A DNA stretch of 64,000 nucleotides from Candidatus Latescibacterota bacterium (GTDB taxonomy: Bacteria > Latescibacterota > CBDEFO01), in the NCBI GenBank assembly GCA_965237525.1, contig CBDEFO010000008.1:1856001-1920000 (forward strand). Direction: 5' to 3'. Made by a program: the position numbers and the translations under genes. Below are positions 23,175 through 32,892 of this stretch, piece by piece. Each line of letters begins with the position of its first letter. Position 1 is the stretch's first letter. The notes under the pieces are model-generated. The model did not search any database and was not told the origin of the DNA. It was given only the letters and a program-made list of their open reading frames with translations.

Positions 23175-24485
23175 ATGGAGGAAAAGCCATTAATCAACCT
23201 TGTCTTCGCCGGCCACCTGGATGGCGGAAAATCGACTCTGGTCGGGAGAATGCTCTACGAACTCGGTCGCTTACCAGAGCAGACGATCTCCAGGTTAAGA
23301 AGACACGCTAAGGCGGCTGGAAAAGAGACATTTTTCTACGCCTTCAACTCAGACCGAAGTCTCGAGGAACGTGAAAGAGGCATAAGCATAGAAGCACACT
23401 TTGATGACTTTGAGACGGAGCAGAGAAGGTTCAATATCATCGACGCTCCCGGGCACCAGGACTTTGTAAAGAATATGATCATGGGGGCGGCAAAGGCAGA
23501 TGTCGGGGTCTTGGTACTGGATGCTCAAGAGACCTCTCACGAAGAGCTACAGCCTCAGACGAGGGAGCATCTTATTCTGCTCCACTCCCTCGGAGTCGAA
23601 AAGCTTATTGTAGTCGCAAATAAAATGGATCTGGTGGACTACTCCAGGGAGATCTATGAATCCTTAAAGATCAAAATAGAAGATTTTCTCAAGCAAGTCC
23701 TGTGTAAGTTCCAGGATGAGCTTGTATATGTTCCTGCCTCAGCATACTGTGGAGAAAACGTCGTTGAATCATCCGATAGGTTGCTGTGGTATTCTGGCCC
23801 TACGTTTCTGGAGGCTCTGGAAGGCATAGAACAGCCTCACAGACTTGTGGATGCGCCTCTTCGAATGCCGATTGTCAGGACGTTCAACGTCCAGTTTGGC
23901 GCTGCGGCCACCGGAAAGATAGAGACGGGAAGAGTTCGACCGGGTGATACGGTGGTAATCGTTCCGTATCCTGGAATAGGTTCTATAACGGGACGTGTCA
24001 GTTCGATAAAATGTAAGGATGAAGATAAAAAGGAGGCAACTGCCGGAGATGATGTCGGTCTCCTATTGGAACAGTTAGAGCAGGGGTTCGTAATACGTAA
24101 GATTAAAAAGGGATTTATGCTTGCCGGCTCTGAGCATCCTCCGGTCGAGGCAGAAAGGTTCAAGGCCCGGATTGTAGTGTTAGACCATCCGTCCGAAATC
24201 AGAGCTGGTTATACGCCGTACCTGCATTGCCATCAAGCGTCCCTCCCATGCCGAATTACAGAAATTGAAGATGTACGGGACTCAAAGAGCAACAAGCCAA
24301 AAGAGTCGAATAGTGGAAGTCTTGTAAATGGCGATATGGCAACAGTGTGGATCGAACCTCAAAAGCCTCTCGTAATAGAACAGGCACAGGACTTTCCACG
24401 GTTAGGGAGATTTGCATTACGAGACGGAAGAACTATAGGAAGCGGCAGGTGTCTTAAGATTGTCCCAAAAGAAAATAGACAGTAG
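23175..24485 (+). CDS. EF-1alpha-like translational GTPase (EF1A/Hbs1/CysN clade)
   Basis: GHLDGGKST, ERERGISI, DAPGHQDFVKNM, QTREH, NKMD, SAY, GYTP, PRLGRFALRD; EF1A-type helical insert after G1. Confidence 0.9.
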   Translation: MEEKPLINLVFAGHLDGGKSTLVGRMLYELGRLPEQTISRLRRHAKAAGKETFFYAFNSDRSLEERERGISIEAHFDDFETEQRRFNIIDAPGHQDFVKNMIMGAAKADVGVLVLDAQETSHEELQPQTREHLILLHSLGVEKLIVVANKMDLVDYSREIYESLKIKIEDFLKQVLCKFQDELVYVPASAYCGENVVESSDRLLWYSGPTFLEALEGIEQPHRLVDAPLRMPIVRTFNVQFGAAATGKIETGRVRPGDTVVIVPYPGIGSITGRVSSIKCKDEDKKEATAGDDVGLLLEQLEQGFVIRKIKKGFMLAGSEHPPVEAERFKARIVVLDHPSEIRAGYTPYLHCHQASLPCRITEIEDVRDSKSNKPKESNSGSLVNGDMATVWIEPQKPLVIEQAQDFPRLGRFALRDGRTIGSGRCLKIVPKENRQ

Positions 24486-24604
24486 AGAGGGGCACATGCA
24501 CCCATTGCCCATGTCAAGAGGTCGGTGGAACAGACATTCTTTTCTGTTCTTTAGAAGTAGACAGTAGGTTAGGCGGTGTTCCTACCTGCTACCTAAACTA
24601 AACA

Positions 24605-25363
24605 ATGCATACCAACAAAGCTACAAAGAAGCTGAAGATAGCCCTTCCCAAGGGAACCCTGCAATCCGATACGTTAGCTCTGTTTACGAAGGCGGGCTAC
24701 ACGATCGGAGGCTACAACACAGAGAACAGGAACTACAGGCCCACGATCCACGACCAAGAGATGGCACTCAAGGTCTTGCGACCGCAGGAGATCCCACTTT
24801 TTGTATCCGATACGGCATATGATTTGGGCATTGCCGGCATAGACTGGGTGCTGGAAAACGGCATCCAGCAGCGCGATCAGACCCAACAGATAGAGGAGAT
24901 TCTGGATCTGGAATATGGGCCGGTGCAATTGGTGCTTGCTGTGCCTGAGGATTGGTCGGATGTGGATTCGTTCGGGGACCTTATGGAATTTCACTGGGGA
25001 AACGTAAGGATCGCCACAGAGTATCTCAATCTGGCCTCGAAATATGTCCTTGAACGCACCGATTCAGAGCCCAGCATCAGATCGCCCTGGAGCCAGAGGT
25101 ATCGTCAGCATACGTCGAGGGTGGAGCTTCTGCACTCGTTTGGAGCAAGTGAAGGTAAGCCTCCGGAAGATAGCGAGGCTATAATAGATATTGCCAGTCC
25201 AAAGGCGACGACAATAAAGGAAAATGGGTTGAAGATAGTAGATGTCATTTTAACATCTACGGCTCGACTTTTGGCTTCATCCAAAGCTCTTGCTGATCCT
25301 TGGAAAGCTGTGAAGATAAACGAAGTCAAAGAGAAGCTGGCAAAAGCCATCTCGTCCGATTGA
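24605..25363 (+). CDS. hisG: ATP phosphoribosyltransferase without the C-terminal regulatory domain
   Basis: IALPKGTL, LRPQEIP, DLGIAGIDW, RIATEY, FGASEGKPP, ENGL. Confidence 0.85.
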   Translation: MHTNKATKKLKIALPKGTLQSDTLALFTKAGYTIGGYNTENRNYRPTIHDQEMALKVLRPQEIPLFVSDTAYDLGIAGIDWVLENGIQQRDQTQQIEEILDLEYGPVQLVLAVPEDWSDVDSFGDLMEFHWGNVRIATEYLNLASKYVLERTDSEPSIRSPWSQRYRQHTSRVELLHSFGASEGKPPEDSEAIIDIASPKATTIKENGLKIVDVILTSTARLLASSKALADPWKAVKINEVKEKLAKAISSD

Positions 25364-25523
25364 TCCACAACAGAATTGAGATTGCTTCCCCCCGATAGAT
25401 TCAATCGGGGGTCGCTCGCAATGACATTGCTCAGTTTGGGTCATTGCGAGGGATGAAATCCACAAGCATTTTCACCGTTTGTTCATCCCCAGGTTTGATT
25501 GCTCTGCTTACGAGAGTGAACCT

Positions 25524-26795
25524 ATGCGAATCTATAGATTAAATGACCTGTCCGAAGCCCAAAGGGACAAAATACTCAACAGGTCAGAAGCCGAGTTTGA
25601 GAACCTCATTCCCTACGTGCAAAAGATTATGGATGACGTCAGACAAAATGGAGATGAGGCTCTCTTGAGGCTAACCGAACTACATGACCAAGTAAGAATA
25701 TCGGACATTGCCATCGCAGATGAAGAGTTCGACAGAGCCTACGAGCAAGTGGGGGATCCTGGAGTCTCTGCCCTTAAGCATGCGATGCGAAATCTGGAGG
25801 TCTTCCACAGGACCCAGCTCGTCGAAGAGGAGATAGTCCAGGTGGACGAAGGCATCCGAATCGGTCGCCTTAATCGACCCGTTGAGAAAGTCGGCATCTA
25901 TATTATCAGCGGTTACACCTCCGAGGTGCTGATGAACGGGGTGCCGTCTGGGATTGCGGGCTGTAAAGAGCGCGTCATCTGCACTCCCCCGCAAGAGGGC
26001 GGAAGCGTCCCCGCATCGATTTTAGTTGCGGCGGATCTTGTCGGCGTACGGAGGATATTTAAGGTAGGAGGTGCGCAGGCAATTGCAGCCATGACCTACG
26101 GTACGGAGACGATTCCAAAGGTTTACAAGATCTTTGGAGCTGGGAACAACTACGTGACAGCGGCTAAGATGCTGGCCTTTGGCCAGGTAAACATAGATCT
26201 TCCAGCCGGCCCAAGCGAGATTTTCATCATCGCCGACGAGAGCGCCGATGCAAGATTTGTCGCCGCCGATCTGATCTCTCAGGCGGAACACCCAAATTCA
26301 GCGTGTATACTTATCACAACGTCTCAAGCTTTAGCTGCTGACGTCAAAAGGAAAATTGATCAGCAACTTGCCCTCCTCCCCACAAAGGAGAGTGCAAAGG
26401 GAGCAATCGAAAAGAACGGCGCGATCATAATTGCGGACGATCTTGCCGATTCCATTGACTTTGCCAACGCATATGCGCCCGAACATCTGGAGATTATGAC
26501 CACAGACGATCAGGCGATCCTCGAAAAGATCACGAATGTCGGCTCCGTATTTCTGGGTCCTTACTCGACGGTACCGGCGGGGGATTATGCCTCAGGCAGC
26601 AATCACGTGCTGCCAACAGGTGGTTTTGCAAAGATGTTCTCCTCTCTTTCGGTCGACTCGTTTATCCGTAAGGTGGAGGTGCAACAAGTAAGCAAAGAAG
26701 GGCTTTCTTCAATCCGAAAAGCTGTGGGATATTTGGCTGATGTTGAGGGATTTGCCGCCCATAAAAGAGCAGTGGAAATCCGCCTTGAGAATTGA
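25524..26795 (+). CDS. hisD: Histidinol dehydrogenase
   Basis: GGAQAIAA, PAGPSE, SQAEH, APEHL, GDYASGSNHVLPT. Confidence 0.93.
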   Translation: MRIYRLNDLSEAQRDKILNRSEAEFENLIPYVQKIMDDVRQNGDEALLRLTELHDQVRISDIAIADEEFDRAYEQVGDPGVSALKHAMRNLEVFHRTQLVEEEIVQVDEGIRIGRLNRPVEKVGIYIISGYTSEVLMNGVPSGIAGCKERVICTPPQEGGSVPASILVAADLVGVRRIFKVGGAQAIAAMTYGTETIPKVYKIFGAGNNYVTAAKMLAFGQVNIDLPAGPSEIFIIADESADARFVAADLISQAEHPNSACILITTSQALAADVKRKIDQQLALLPTKESAKGAIEKNGAIIIADDLADSIDFANAYAPEHLEIMTTDDQAILEKITNVGSVFLGPYSTVPAGDYASGSNHVLPTGGFAKMFSSLSVDSFIRKVEVQQVSKEGLSSIRKAVGYLADVEGFAAHKRAVEIRLEN

Positions 26796-26813
26796 CTAAG
26801 GGGTAGACGAACA

Positions 26814-27017
26814 ATGAGGCGCGAAGAGCACAGATGGCTCTTTGACCATCTTGATATAGTTAGACAGTTTACGGGAGAATGGATCGCCGTGTTGGATGAT
26901 GAGATCATAGCTCACAGCAAGGACTTTCAAAACGTGATGGACGAAGGGAGAAAGATACACCCTAACCCTCTACTTATCTGGGTGCGTGAGGACATAGGGA
27001 CCGGTGGGACAGTATAA
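26814..27017 (+). CDS. Small DUF5678-like protein
   Basis: GEWIAVLDDEIIAHSKDF pattern. Confidence 0.55.
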   Translation: MRREEHRWLFDHLDIVRQFTGEWIAVLDDEIIAHSKDFQNVMDEGRKIHPNPLLIWVREDIGTGGTV

Positions 27018-27190
27018 GTCCAAATGAGTTGAGTATCGAGTAGTCCCCGATCCCCGACAGGTTCGATGGGGGGTAGTGGACAGGTAAATGTGGCAGCAAG
27101 CCACGAACCGGTTTTCCCTACGTAGCTGTCTCTTATGTTGGATCTCTATAATCGTGTCCAGTTGTCAATTTTGCCCATAATCTCTACTGA

Positions 27191-28204
27191 TCAGGGCTTT
27201 TGTGCACGAGAACTCAAGTCGTTGCGCGTCTGCCCTGTTATGTTATGGTGCTTCTCGCCTGACGCATCCACGGGGTCAACGTGTATGGTAGCATTGGAGA
27301 GGCAGCCCAGGTGACTCAAAAGTTGGTTCTGTACCTTATTGGCTATCTCATGTCCTTGTGCCACGGTTAGCTCGGAATCCACAGCGATGTTCACTTCGGC
27401 GTGCAGTCGATGTCCTATCCATCTTACTCTAACTTCGGTGACCTCGCGGACCCCTGAAACTTGATTCGCAGCTCCTCTTGCCTCCTGGATGATCTCAGGA
27501 TCTACTCCGTCTAAAAGGCGGCTGAATACGGATTTTCCAGCTTTCCACACTATCCAGAGAATCGCGGCGGTGATAAGGAGTCCTACAATGGGGTCTGATA
27601 GCGGATAGCCGAGCCAGATGCCCAGCGCTCCGAACAACACAGCAAGACTGGTCCAGCCGTCTACGCGCGCGTGGTAACCGTCCGCAACAAGAGCCGCACT
27701 GCCTATCTCCTTGCCTACCTTAATGCGGAAAAGTGCAACAGCTTCGTTGCCCCCAAACCCAACTATCGAAGCGGTGATCACTGCCCACAGATGCTCTACA
27801 TTCTGCGGATGTATTAACCGATTGATCGATTCGTACCCCGCGACAACAGCGCTGAACAGAATAATAAACACGATAACTACTCCGGCAAGATCTTCAACCC
27901 TGCCGTAGCCGTAAGAGAATCTCCTGTTGGGCTTTATGCGCACAAGCTTGAAAGCGATCCACAGTGGGAGAGCTGTGGCAGCATCGCCGAAGTTGTGAAT
28001 CGTATCTGCCAAAAGGGCAACGCTTCCAGAGAGCCAGACAACCAGGATCTGGAGCAGTGCAGTAATCATCAGTACGGAAAATGACCATTTAATAGCCCAT
28101 ATTCCACGATCACTACTCATCACTGAAGGGTCCACAACTCCGTGGGTATGGCTGTGTGAACCGGAATGATCGCCCTTGTGCAAATGCCTGAGTCCTGACA
28201 CCAT
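27191..28204 (-). CDS. Cation diffusion facilitator transporter
   Basis: His-rich N-terminus, SVALLADTIHN, YGYGRVE, LVADGYHARVD, IHVDP. Confidence 0.93.
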   Translation of the reverse strand: MVSGLRHLHKGDHSGSHSHTHGVVDPSVMSSDRGIWAIKWSFSVLMITALLQILVVWLSGSVALLADTIHNFGDAATALPLWIAFKLVRIKPNRRFSYGYGRVEDLAGVVIVFIILFSAVVAGYESINRLIHPQNVEHLWAVITASIVGFGGNEAVALFRIKVGKEIGSAALVADGYHARVDGWTSLAVLFGALGIWLGYPLSDPIVGLLITAAILWIVWKAGKSVFSRLLDGVDPEIIQEARGAANQVSGVREVTEVRVRWIGHRLHAEVNIAVDSELTVAQGHEIANKVQNQLLSHLGCLSNATIHVDPVDASGEKHHNITGQTRNDLSSRAQKP

Positions 28205-28781
28205 ATGCCCTGTCTCTACAGATTCTGAAAGACCTTACTTAATGTTCTTGCAGGCTCCTTCAAAGCTTCGCATATACCCGATTGATTCTATCGGGATCGG
28301 TAAGCTTAGTAGTTACACACTTGGTATTTCTAACAGATAGATCTATCCACGAATAGCGTATTCAGTTGCCGTAGAAAATGACACGACACTTCTCTCCTAC
28401 AAAGTGGATATAATATCTCTTGATTGTCCATATCGTAGGACAATAATAATGGAGTCGGCATAGTTTGTCAAGGTCTCTTTTTGCAAGAATTCCAGAAGGC
28501 TTCGTAGTACGATTAAGACTCTGATTATGCAAAGATTACATCATCACAATTGGGACTTCTCCTCCAGGGAAGCACGTCAACTCCCTGTAAGCCATTGAGG
28601 CGCTTAGAAATATTCACGAAAGGGAGCCCCTATCCACAAAATGTCCAGATAAGAAGGTAAAATCGTGCCCTTTCCTCTCCCAAGAAACTTGTAGTTGACA
28701 TTGGATCAGTAATTTTATAATATTATAATATTATAGAGAAACTGTGTCTTTATATGTAACTTCAGCACAGAGGACAGAGGG

Positions 28782-29682
28782 ATGTACAGGATAACCAGAT
28801 AGACAAAAGACAACCCCCCGTCTTGGAGATAGACCCTGGTGAGATTGTGGTCTTGGAGACGTACGACGCCCGCACAGGTACGATACAGTCTGAGGAGGAC
28901 ATTCTGGATCGTCCGCACCCTGTGGGTTCCAACCCTTCTACAGGATCCATCTACGTAAGAGGGGCGGAGCCCGGCAAAAGTCTCGTCGTGGAAATAGAGA
29001 AGATAGAACTTGCTGACCGGGGTTTCGTCGCAGTCAAAGCCGGTGAGGGCTTTTTAGCGCACATGGCTCTTAGCACATATGGCTCTTAGCACATATGGCT
29101 CCCAGATTCGGTACCAGCATGGTCTCTGTTGAGGGCCTGGAACTCATCTTCAGCGACAAGATAAGATTTCCCGCAAGGCCTATGGTCGGCGTCATCGGAA
29201 CTGCTCCCGAGGGAGAGGGGGTAAGGAAAGGCCTTCCCGGACCTCACGGCGGAAACATGGACAACAACGAAGCAGAAGAAGGCTCCAAGATCCATCTCCC
29301 TGTCTCAGTTCCAGGTGCTCTCCTTCTCATCGGAGACGTACACGTCTCAATGGGAGATGGAGAGATATCCTATCTCGGTGTAGAGATATGCGCTGAAGTC
29401 ACGGTCAAAGTAGATCTACTCAAAGGAGAGACCATAAAGAGGCCATGGATAGAGACTCCCGACGCCTGGGTCAGCACAGGCGAAGCTTATGACCTTTCTG
29501 AAGCGCTTCAAATGGCATGCGAAGTAGATGGTCGAGAGGTACTCAAGCGTGCATGCGGCGTCTCATTTGAGGACGCCTACATGCTCTTAAGCGCAAGGGG
29601 AGACCTCAAAATATCTCAGTGCTGTGATCCGGGAGAATTTCCCGTAACCACGAGGGTCGTATTGCCTAAACTCTCAAGATAA
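28782..29682 (+). pseudogene. Acetamidase/formamidase family, disrupted
   Basis: NPSTGSIYVRGAEPG, PMVGVIG, HGGNMD, GDVHVSMGDGE; early stop near 28800 and a 16-bp tandem duplication at 29064-29095. Confidence 0.8.
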
Positions 29683-29856
29683 TATGATCTGTTGCAAAGA
29701 TGAGTGTAGCGCGAGCCCTTGTGTGGTGGAGGAAGCGATGTGGCGACGAGCCACGAAGTGGTTCGCCCAAATTTCGGGCAGATGCACTGGAAAAGCCCCT
29801 ACAGATCTGTCTGGCATAACGAAGAACTTTCTGGGGAAAAGGATCAGGAGAGATAA

Positions 29857-31701
29857 ATGCCCGGTAGAATAAAGATACTCCCACTGAGCCTGTCCAACAA
29901 GATAGCAGCAGGGGAAGTTGTCGAACGCCCCGCCTCTGTCGTCAAGGAACTGATCGAAAACTCGATAGATGCAGGCGCCTTGAGGATAAGTGTAGAGGTG
30001 GCGGCTGGCGGCAAGCAGGCAATAAGGGTCTCCGACGACGGAACTGGAATGTCCAAAGACGAGGTTGCCCTGGCGTTAGCACGCCACGCCACAAGCAAGA
30101 TTTCATCTGAGTCCGATCTGGAGTCTATAGTCTCACTTGGATTCAGGGGCGAAGCTCTGTCCAGCATGGCCTCCGTCTCCAAGATGGCAGTCGAATCGCG
30201 CTCTTCCGAAGACCCTACAGGGACAAAGGTGGTCGCAGAAGGGGGAAGGATCAAAGCTATAGAGGACGTGGGCAGAGATACAGGAACCACTGTAACTGTA
30301 AGCCGACTCTTTTACAACACTCCTGCAAGGAGAAAATTTCTGAAAGGCACCGACACTGAGATGAGGCACATCACTCGCACTGTAGCCGATCTTGCTCTGG
30401 CCTATCCGGAAATAGGTTTTACGCTCATGCACAGCCGCAGAGAGATATTCCGCCTTCTAAGAGGCTCAAACGTCAACAAGAGAGTCGAAGATATCTTCGG
30501 GAGTTCCGTAATGAAGCGAACGGTGCCCCTGTGCCTTGACGGAAAAGGCGTCGCCATCGAGGGCTTCATCGGCGATCCGGAGATAGCGAGGAACTCCAGA
30601 TTGCATCAGGCTATATTTGTGAACAGGAGACCCATAACCAGTAAGACCCTTAACCACGCTATCTATGCCGCCTACGAGGGCCTCCTTCCCAAAGACAGCC
30701 ACCCATTCTTTGCCGTCTTTTTCCAGATAGACCCCAGATACGTGGACGTCAACGTTCATCCCGCAAAAAGAGGGGTGCGCTTCTCAGATGATCAAAAAGT
30801 CCACGATGCTCTATACGAATGTGTAAGGTCAGCCCTCTCTACCGGAGGGCTGATCCCCCAGATGGACATTCCTCAAGTCCAGGAACCCCGTGCTTCCAGC
30901 CCACCTGTGCGTGACACACAGACAGAGTCGTCCCCCGTATACGAAAAGCAGAACCGAGAGCTCTTTGGGTCGAAGCTGGACGAGGCGCCCCAAGAATACC
31001 TACAATCTGATCTCTCCCCCAAGAAGGATCTGAGCTCTCAGTTCTCTCTACCCCTATCCAGCGCAGAAAAGGTCCTCAGGTCTTCGGTTTCGAAACCTCA
31101 AGAAGAGGAGATATACCACACACCATCGGAGCACGCTGATGTCTCTTTATGGCAGCTCCACGAGAAATACATCTTCGCCCGCATCAAAAACGGACTCATA
31201 ATAGTCGATCAGCATGTCGCCCACGAGCGCATCATCTATGAGGAGACCTTGAAGAACTTAAGCGAAGCTCCCGCATCGGCACAGCAGCTGCTTTTACCTG
31301 TCACAATGGAGTTAGGGATAAAGGAGATCGAAGTTTTGATGGAGATCATCCCCCTCTTGGAGCAGATGGGATTCGGCATGAGAGACTTCGGAGGGAGAAC
31401 CGTAGTTATCGATGCTGTCCCCGCAGATATTATGAGCAATTGGGGCGATGGAGAGGTGTTGAAGGCCATTATAGACGATATAATCCAAGAGGGTCACCCC
31501 AAATCAGAGTACAAGGAAGAGCTAGCGGCCTCGTACGCCTGTCACACCTCCATAAAGGCTGGACAGGGTCTATCCACCGCGGAGATGCAGACCCTCATAG
31601 ACCGGCTCTTCGCCACGGAAAATCCCTTCATCTGTCCGCACGGACGCCCCATTGTGGTCAGAATGCCCATCGAAGAACTCGATAAGAGATTCGGAAGGTA
31701 A
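29857..31701 (+). CDS. mutL: DNA mismatch repair endonuclease MutL
   Basis: IAAGEVVERPASVVKELIENSIDA, GFRGEAL, DVNVHP, DQHVAHER, ACH, CPHGRP. Confidence 0.97.
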   Translation: MPGRIKILPLSLSNKIAAGEVVERPASVVKELIENSIDAGALRISVEVAAGGKQAIRVSDDGTGMSKDEVALALARHATSKISSESDLESIVSLGFRGEALSSMASVSKMAVESRSSEDPTGTKVVAEGGRIKAIEDVGRDTGTTVTVSRLFYNTPARRKFLKGTDTEMRHITRTVADLALAYPEIGFTLMHSRREIFRLLRGSNVNKRVEDIFGSSVMKRTVPLCLDGKGVAIEGFIGDPEIARNSRLHQAIFVNRRPITSKTLNHAIYAAYEGLLPKDSHPFFAVFFQIDPRYVDVNVHPAKRGVRFSDDQKVHDALYECVRSALSTGGLIPQMDIPQVQEPRASSPPVRDTQTESSPVYEKQNRELFGSKLDEAPQEYLQSDLSPKKDLSSQFSLPLSSAEKVLRSSVSKPQEEEIYHTPSEHADVSLWQLHEKYIFARIKNGLIIVDQHVAHERIIYEETLKNLSEAPASAQQLLLPVTMELGIKEIEVLMEIIPLLEQMGFGMRDFGGRTVVIDAVPADIMSNWGDGEVLKAIIDDIIQEGHPKSEYKEELAASYACHTSIKAGQGLSTAEMQTLIDRLFATENPFICPHGRPIVVRMPIEELDKRFGR

Positions 31702-31762
31702 ACCGAGAGTTGTAGACAGGGAAACTCCTCTCCCGCCTGTCTACTCATTTGATAACCCCTGT

Positions 31763-32680
31763 ATGAGAAAACTTCCCCTGATAGTCGGCCCCACAGGAAT
31801 AGGCAAGACCGAACTTTCCCTTGAAATCGCAGATAGGCTCAAAGACGTTGAAATTGTCTGTGCCGACTCGCGACAGGTCTACAGGTACCTCAACGTAGGC
31901 ACGGGAAAACCTACGCAAGCCCAAATGTCTCAAGTTCCGCATCACTTCATAGATATATTCGATCCCGACTATACATACACTGCCGGGGTCTATGGGAAAG
32001 AGGCAAGAAGGGTTATAGACGACATCTTCAAAAGACGTAAACACCCCATAGTCGTGGGTGGCTCCGGTCTCTACATCCGCGCCCTCTTAGACGGGCTCTT
32101 CGAGGAGGAACTCACAGACGCCGAAGTAAAAAGACAGCTCCAAAAAGAAATAGAGTCTAAAGGTCCGCAAGACCTCCATTATGAACTATCCCGCGTCGAT
32201 CCTGCCTCAGCTCAAAGGATACATCCAAACGATAGACAGAGGATAGTCCGAGCTCTTTTGGTCTTCCGATCCAGCGGATATCCTCTTTCCTATCTCCACG
32301 AAACTTCTCCCCCGCAAGAGTTGGGCGCAGAGCCCTTAATCTTCGGCATCACCACGGAAAGAGGAAAACTATACCGGAAGATAGAAGAAAGAGTGGATAA
32401 GATGATACGAGATGGTCTTATAGATGAGGTGAGATCGATCCTTGAAATGGGTTATTCAAAGGACCTCAACTCGCTCCAGACGGTGGGATACAGAGAGGTA
32501 TTCCCCCTTTTGGATGGACAGGTAACGCTCCAGGAGACTACGAACGCCATCAAGAGAAACTCCAGAAGATACGCCAAGAGACAGTTCACCTGGTTCAGAG
32601 CCGATAGCAGAACAAAATGGGTGGAGAAGAGACAGAAAGAGTCTATTATAGAGGAAGTTGAGGCGTGTCTTGGCTTTTGA
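31763..32680 (+). CDS. miaA: tRNA dimethylallyltransferase
   Basis: GPTGIGKT, DSRQVY, VGGSGLY, YAKRQFTWF. Confidence 0.96.
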   Translation: MRKLPLIVGPTGIGKTELSLEIADRLKDVEIVCADSRQVYRYLNVGTGKPTQAQMSQVPHHFIDIFDPDYTYTAGVYGKEARRVIDDIFKRRKHPIVVGGSGLYIRALLDGLFEEELTDAEVKRQLQKEIESKGPQDLHYELSRVDPASAQRIHPNDRQRIVRALLVFRSSGYPLSYLHETSPPQELGAEPLIFGITTERGKLYRKIEERVDKMIRDGLIDEVRSILEMGYSKDLNSLQTVGYREVFPLLDGQVTLQETTNAIKRNSRRYAKRQFTWFRADSRTKWVEKRQKESIIEEVEACLGF

Positions 32681-32781
32681 ATGTTTTTGATAAGTTGTTG
32701 AAAAATCTGTACTTCTATTTTCTAATGTAAAGAATAGACCAGTTGATTACAACTTTGATTTAAAACCCTCTGCGCAAAGTC

Positions 32782-32810
32782 TTGACTGCTGATCGTAAAC
32801 ACTGTATATT
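32782..32810 (+). promoter_or_regulatory. sigma70-like promoter upstream of dxs
   Basis: TTGACT-17-TATATT. Confidence 0.5.
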
Positions 32811-32892
32811 TATAGAATAACATTAATCTGGAAAAAGTGGGGATACTGATGGGGGACGCTTTTGAAAATGGAACCTCTTGAGGAGAAATGTC

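Noticed and set aside
23175..24485. SelB or canonical EF-Tu
   Set aside because: No C-terminal winged-helix domains; it has the EF1A-type insert after G1 and lacks EF-Tu signature motifs.
28527..28598. MQRLHHHNW... as a histidine attenuator leader peptide
   Set aside because: It lies downstream of the his genes and looks more like a remnant of an endonuclease V N-terminus; too short to call.
21329..29800. Integrative island at tRNA-His
   Set aside because: No integrase and no duplicated tRNA 3' end found.
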